A DNA stretch of 63,740 nt, the filler included, from Ferroacidibacillus organovorans (GTDB lineage Bacteria; Bacillota; Bacilli; Alicyclobacillales; SLC66), in NCBI RefSeq assembly GCF_001642725.1. It is 3 parts of 3 records of this genome, joined end to end, with 100 filler letters (N's around TTAATTAATTAA, not from the genome) between each part and the next. Parts side by side here need not be neighbours in the genome. Positions count along the whole stretch, not along the records: positions 47,909 to 63,740 come from NZ_LSUQ01000060.1; 2 more parts are not named here. The stretch is one strand, 5' to 3'. Each line of letters begins with the position of its first letter. Position 1 is the first letter of the stretch. This document shows positions 59,642 through 63,740 of the stretch, one piece after another. The notes beneath the pieces were generated by a model. It did not search any database. It was given only the letters and a program-made list of their open reading frames with translations, and had not been told where the DNA came from. The position numbers were made by a program, and so were the translations under genes.

Positions 59642-61204
59642 TTACGACAACGTTGCAACGCGAATCAATCCGTCTGGCACATAGTTGAAACCGTGGATGG
59701 ATGAATTGAACGCAAGCACGTTGTTAGGATGGTACAAAAAGATGTACGGTGAATCGTGGTTGATGATCGCGACTGCTCTCTCATAGAGATTCGCGCGTTG
59801 CGTCATATTCGAAACGGTGCGCGCTTGATTGAGCAGCGCGTCGACTTGCGGATTGCTATAGTTTGATGAATTCAAAGGCGCGCCAGTGTAGTAGAAGGAG
59901 TAGATGTTTTGATCAGGGTCGAGGCGACCACTCCAGCCGAGTGCGAGTGCTTGGAAGTTTCCATCAGAAGAGTTGTTTAAAAGTGTCCCGAAATCCAATT
60001 GTTGAATGTTCATTTTGATGCCGTACGGCTGAAGCATCGCCTGCATGACCTCGGCGAGTTGTACGTTGATCGGACTGTTCGCGGTTTGCATTGTAAATGT
60101 GAATCCGTGTGCTTCGCCGCCGCGCTTTAGCAGCGCGCGAATTTGTGCCGGATTGACGTTTGGCGGGGTGTCCTCAGCTTTGCGATAGGCAGGGGAGGAC
60201 GCACCGAATGGACTGTAGCCGGGACTCGCCGATCCTTTTAAGACGGCGTTTACGAGCGCTTGGCGATTGATTGCGTAATTGACGGCTTCGCGCACAAACA
60301 GATTGGTAAACGGCTTTGCCTTCACATTCAGATAAACGCCTTGATAGCCAAAGCTAGGTTTGTTGATCACCGTATAGCCAGGCGTTTTTGCAAGTGTCGC
60401 AATCTGTTGCGGCGGCACGGTATCAATGATTTGGACTTCATTCGATTGTAGATTCAGGAGTTCTACGTTTGGATCGGTAAAAATTTTGTAGACGACTTTT
60501 TGGAAATGGGGCAATCCTTTCATCCAATAATGTGGGTTTTTGACGAGCGTAATGCTCGATCCAATGACGCGGGATACATACTCATAAGGGCCTGTTCCGA
60601 CGGGGTGATTGAGGAAGTTCGCGCCCTCTTTTTTTACCGCAGTCGGTGAAACCATCATCCCAGCTCGTCCAGACAACACGTTGAGGAGCGGGCTGAACGG
60701 TTTTGACAGTTGAATCGTAAGCTTATAGGGACCATCGACAGTAACTTTTGAGATGAGTGACAAGGAGCTGTGGCGCGGTGAGATTTTCAGCATGTCGCGT
60801 TCAAGATTGAACTTTACTGCAGTGGCGTTAAACGGCGTTCCGTCTTGAAATTTCACGCCTTTTCGAAGGGTGATGGTGTAGGTCAGTCCATTTTTAGAAA
60901 TGACTGCGCCTGTGGCGAGATCGTTTTGCAATTTTCCTGCTGCATTAATCGTAAAGAGTGAATCGTAAATGTTGACCATGACCTGGCGATCAACCAATGC
61001 GCTAGAGAGGCTGGGATCCAGTTTCGGTGGATCGGCGCTGAGTCCAATCGAGAGTGTTGACAGAGCACTTGAGCGCAATGCGGAAGCATGGTGAGCGGTG
61101 TGTGTGTGGGCGCTTGCGAATGCCGGGAAGCTTGTGGCGAGTGAGAGTACAGTCGCCGCAACGGCAAGGCCAGTGCGCTTGCTGTACGTCATGGATCGTT
61201 TCAT
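59642..61204 (-). CDS. ABC substrate-binding protein, family 5
   Basis: LRKGVKFQDGTPFNA, PVGTGPY, VREAVNYAINR; Sec signal without a lipobox Cys. Confidence 0.9.
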   Translation of the reverse strand: MKRSMTYSKRTGLAVAATVLSLATSFPAFASAHTHTAHHASALRSSALSTLSIGLSADPPKLDPSLSSALVDRQVMVNIYDSLFTINAAGKLQNDLATGAVISKNGLTYTITLRKGVKFQDGTPFNATAVKFNLERDMLKISPRHSSLSLISKVTVDGPYKLTIQLSKPFSPLLNVLSGRAGMMVSPTAVKKEGANFLNHPVGTGPYEYVSRVIGSSITLVKNPHYWMKGLPHFQKVVYKIFTDPNVELLNLQSNEVQIIDTVPPQQIATLAKTPGYTVINKPSFGYQGVYLNVKAKPFTNLFVREAVNYAINRQALVNAVLKGSASPGYSPFGASSPAYRKAEDTPPNVNPAQIRALLKRGGEAHGFTFTMQTANSPINVQLAEVMQAMLQPYGIKMNIQQLDFGTLLNNSSDGNFQALALGWSGRLDPDQNIYSFYYTGAPLNSSNYSNPQVDALLNQARTVSNMTQRANLYERAVAIINHDSPYIFLYHPNNVLAFNSSIHGFNYVPDGLIRVATLS

Positions 61205-61388
61205 TGTGGACCCCCTATTGGTCGATGTATTCTATGCTTTCTGTTGGTTCTGGTTAAAAGATAGCATAGAATTCGCGAATTTGTCCAAGCAATGTTACGA
61301 GAATAGACAAGATTTGCGTCTAATTGACCGTTTTGCGTATCTTTGTTGAGGGTTATGGATTGTGGTTGCCCATTCTGCGCGGGTTCCT

Positions 61389-61418
61389 GCACGCAAGAAT
61401 TTCGGCCCTCATACAATA
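61389..61418 (+). promoter_or_regulatory. Sigma-K-like promoter of gerE
   Basis: GCAC-N17-CATACAATA matches the sigma-K consensus AC…CATANNNT. Confidence 0.6.
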
Positions 61419-61477
61419 CCGTAACTGTATCCCTGCACCTTGTGCTTGATGGATAAATGCAAGGAGGGATAGCGCCA

Positions 61478-61648
61478 GTGTCAGCGGGAAGGGAATACCG
61501 CATGAAATCGCTGCTGACCATACGAGAACGAGAGGTCTTTGAGTTATTGGTTCAGGATAAAACGACTCGAGAAATCGCGGAAATCTTGTACATCAGCGAA
61601 AAGACCGTGCGGAATCATATCAGCAATGTGAGATGGGCAATGGGGTGA
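61478..61648 (+). pseudogene. gerE: 5' portion of sporulation regulator GerE (split or truncated)
   Basis: LLTIREREVFELLVQDKTTREIAEILYISEKTVRNHISNV is nearly identical to GerE, then RWAMG* replaces MQKLGVKGRSQAVVELLRMGELEL; strong AAGGAGG RBS; native uvrC-sdhCAB-gerE synteny. Confidence 0.88.
61616..61635. mobile_element. Putative attL of a gerE-intervening element
   Basis: Imperfect palindrome CATATCA-gcAAtg-TGAGATG centred where GerE homology ends. Confidence 0.5.
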
Positions 61649-61697
61649 AATGAAGCGTCATGCTGAGACGGGCAGAACTAGGCCACGCGGAGCTTAC

Positions 61698-61756
61698 TTG
61701 ACGTCGGGATTTTACTCGACTATGATATCGATAATCGTGAATATCGACGACGATGA
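61698..61756 (+). promoter_or_regulatory. Sigma-A promoter and probable ArsR operator
   Basis: TTGACG-17-TATGAT, followed by two ATATCGA…TGA units with 16-bp period. Confidence 0.6.
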
Positions 61757-61813
61757 ATGTCGGTGGTTGTGAATAGGGGGGATGACTTGAAAGGGAACGA
61801 TTTGGAGGTACAA

Positions 61814-62233
61814 ATGGATCAAGAATTGTTGCGCGCGCGACTGAGTGCGCTCGCCGATCGAAGCCGCTTTCACATTTTGCAAATCATGGCCAACGGCGCG
61901 ATCGGTTCGTGCTGCGACCGCATAGCGGCGTATGAAAACGGTTGTTGTGTCGCGGATGTGGTGGCTGAAACAGGGCTAGCGCAACCGACGGTGTCTCATC
62001 ATTTAAAGGCGCTTGAAAAGGTGAATCTTGTGCGACGGGAAGTGCGCGGGCCGTGGACGTGTTATTTTCCTAACCCAGAAGCGATTGAAGAGATTTCGCA
62101 CGGCTTGCGCGGCTCTTTGATCCTAAAGCGTAAGGATCAGAATGAACATGGGAATCGGGATATCGTTTTGTCAGACTCTTTTTTCGATGAAGAGAAACGC
62201 TGCGCGGAGCTGAAGAACGGCTGTTGTACATAA
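61814..62233 (+). CDS. arsR: ArsR/SmtB-family metalloregulator, Cys-rich
   Basis: ALADRSRFHIL, CCVADV, QPTVSHHLKAL; GGAGG RBS; upstream of arsB. Confidence 0.85.
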   Translation: MDQELLRARLSALADRSRFHILQIMANGAIGSCCDRIAAYENGCCVADVVAETGLAQPTVSHHLKALEKVNLVRREVRGPWTCYFPNPEAIEEISHGLRGSLILKRKDQNEHGNRDIVLSDSFFDEEKRCAELKNGCCT

Positions 62234-62322
62234 TTGCGCAGAGCATCAACGAAGGAAGAAGACCCGTTCACAGAACAAATCATTCGATACGTATTAAGAT
62301 CAATATCCTAAGGAGTCACTGC

Positions 62323-63615
62323 ATGATCTATCTTTCCATTGGCGTTTTTATCGCCACGCTCATCTTTGTCATCTGGCAACCTCGAGGGTTATCCATCGGT
62401 TGGAGTGCGTTTGGCGGGGCTGTCCTCGCACTGCTGCTTCATATCGTCACATTTTCTGATGTTTTTGTCGTCACGTCGATTGTATGGGACGCGACGCTCG
62501 CATTCGTTGGGATAATTATATTCTCAACCGTCCTTGATCGCATCGGTTTTTTTGAGTGGGCCGCTCTCAAAATGGCGGTTGCCGCAAAGGGGGATGGGCG
62601 AAAGGTCTTTTTCTTTGTCATCTTGCTCGGGGCGATCGTCTCTGCGTTTTTCGCGAATGACGGTGCCGCGCTCATTCTCACGCCGATCGTGCTTGAGAAG
62701 GTGAAGTTGCTAAAATTCGATACGAAAAAAATGCTACCATTCATCATGGCGAGCGGCTTTATCGCAGACACCACATCGCTTCCCTTTGTGACGTCAAACC
62801 TTGTAAACATTGTTTCGGCCGATTATTTTCATCTCGGTTTCGTAACGTATCTTCTGCACATGGTAATCCCTGATCTCGTTTCACTTTGCGCAAGCATGCT
62901 CTTTTTGTACATCTTCTTTCGACGCGACATTCCGACGTCGTATAATCCAGGCGATCTTCCCGACCCGCGTCACGCGATTGTCCACGAAGGCATGTTCAAA
63001 GCGTCGTGGGTGATTCTTGTTATTCTGCTCTTTGGATACATTCTCACGGAACTGTTGCATATTCCTGTCTCATCCGTTGCGGGACTCATCGCGATCGTCT
63101 TTCTTATCGCAGGTGCACGGGCCAACGTCATTCAACCGTGGCGTGTCATCAAAGACGCGCCGTGGGCGATCGTCGTCTTTTCCATTGGAATGTACGTGGT
63201 GGTGTACGGGTTAAAGAACGCAGGGCTTACGGCATTGCTCGGTCACGTCATCCGCGCAAGCACGCACGGAGGTCTCTTTGCGGGGACGTTGGCCACCGGG
63301 TTTATCGCCGCGCTTCTTTCATCCGTGATGAACAACATGCCAACGGTGATGATCGATGCGCTTGCCATTCACGCATCTGGCGTGACTGGGGTGATGCAAC
63401 ACGCATTGATTTATGCCAATGTGATCGGTTGTGATCTCGGGCCAAAAATCACACCCATTGGTTCACTCGCCACGCTTCTTTGGTTACACGTGCTCCGCCA
63501 AAAGGGGATCACGATTCGGTGGGGCAACTACTTTCGCACAGGACTCCTCCTCACGGTACCCACACTTTTTGTCACGCTCTCGGGACTTTACGCGTGGAGT
63601 CTTTTCATTCATTAG
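62323..63615 (+). CDS. arsB: Arsenite efflux pump ArsB
   Basis: [49 protein letters not shown]. Confidence 0.93.
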   Translation: MIYLSIGVFIATLIFVIWQPRGLSIGWSAFGGAVLALLLHIVTFSDVFVVTSIVWDATLAFVGIIIFSTVLDRIGFFEWAALKMAVAAKGDGRKVFFFVILLGAIVSAFFANDGAALILTPIVLEKVKLLKFDTKKMLPFIMASGFIADTTSLPFVTSNLVNIVSADYFHLGFVTYLLHMVIPDLVSLCASMLFLYIFFRRDIPTSYNPGDLPDPRHAIVHEGMFKASWVILVILLFGYILTELLHIPVSSVAGLIAIVFLIAGARANVIQPWRVIKDAPWAIVVFSIGMYVVVYGLKNAGLTALLGHVIRASTHGGLFAGTLATGFIAALLSSVMNNMPTVMIDALAIHASGVTGVMQHALIYANVIGCDLGPKITPIGSLATLLWLHVLRQKGITIRWGNYFRTGLLLTVPTLFVTLSGLYAWSLFIH

Positions 63616-63632
63616 AAAACGGAGGGAACATC

Positions 63633-63740
63633 ATGCAAAAAAAAATAATTTATTTTTTGTGCACTGGGAATTCGTGTCGCAGTCAAATCGCTGAAGGGTT
63701 TGCGCGGCACTTTGGCGGAGACCGATTGGTGGCCTACAGC
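63633..63740 (+). CDS. arsC: Thioredoxin-dependent arsenate reductase (partial)
   Basis: [25 protein letters not shown]5R P-loop; runs off the window. Confidence 0.9.
   Translation, partial: MQKKIIYFLCTGNSCRSQIAEGFARHFGGDRLVAYS

Noticed and set aside
61631..61701. Alternative frame MGNGVK*…AELGHAELT considered as a frameshifted gerE 3' end
   Set aside because: Only GVK matches and the frame contains a stop; too divergent given the near-identity of the 5' half.

Overview
Draft-genome window from a spore-forming Bacilli member. An acidophilic Alicyclobacillaceae-like organism is my inference from gene content, not a verified assignment. Three contigs are joined by artificial 100-nt N linkers containing TTAATTAATTAA (24064-24163, 47809-47908). 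Contig 1: cheA plus a chemoreceptor with an exact in-frame 1260-bp tandem duplication, a blue-copper protein, a Spo0E-like gene, brx, dedA, glpD, a secreted 105-aa-repeat protein divergent from a CiaRH-like two-component system, rmuC, ggt and catabolic genes. Contig 2: hflX-ynbB-glnRA, lexA, a ferric-reductase-like membrane redox module with its own two-component system, prs, glcEFD-glycerate kinase, MarR/MFS, a Tat lipoprotein, a convincing XerCD dif site, a 5'-truncated heme-copper oxidase cluster and an IS3 element. Contig 3: pspA end, nfeD/SPFH, uvrC, SAM-I riboswitch-metX-hom, sdhCAB, a peptide ABC module and gerE. The most striking signal is gerE. It has an intact sigma-K-like promoter and RBS but breaks after codon ~50 at an att-like imperfect palindrome, and arsR-arsB-arsC follows immediately. 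This looks like the left end of a gerE-intervening element carrying arsenic resistance that would need to excise during sporulation. The recombinase and 3' gerE half are not in the window, so this remains inference.
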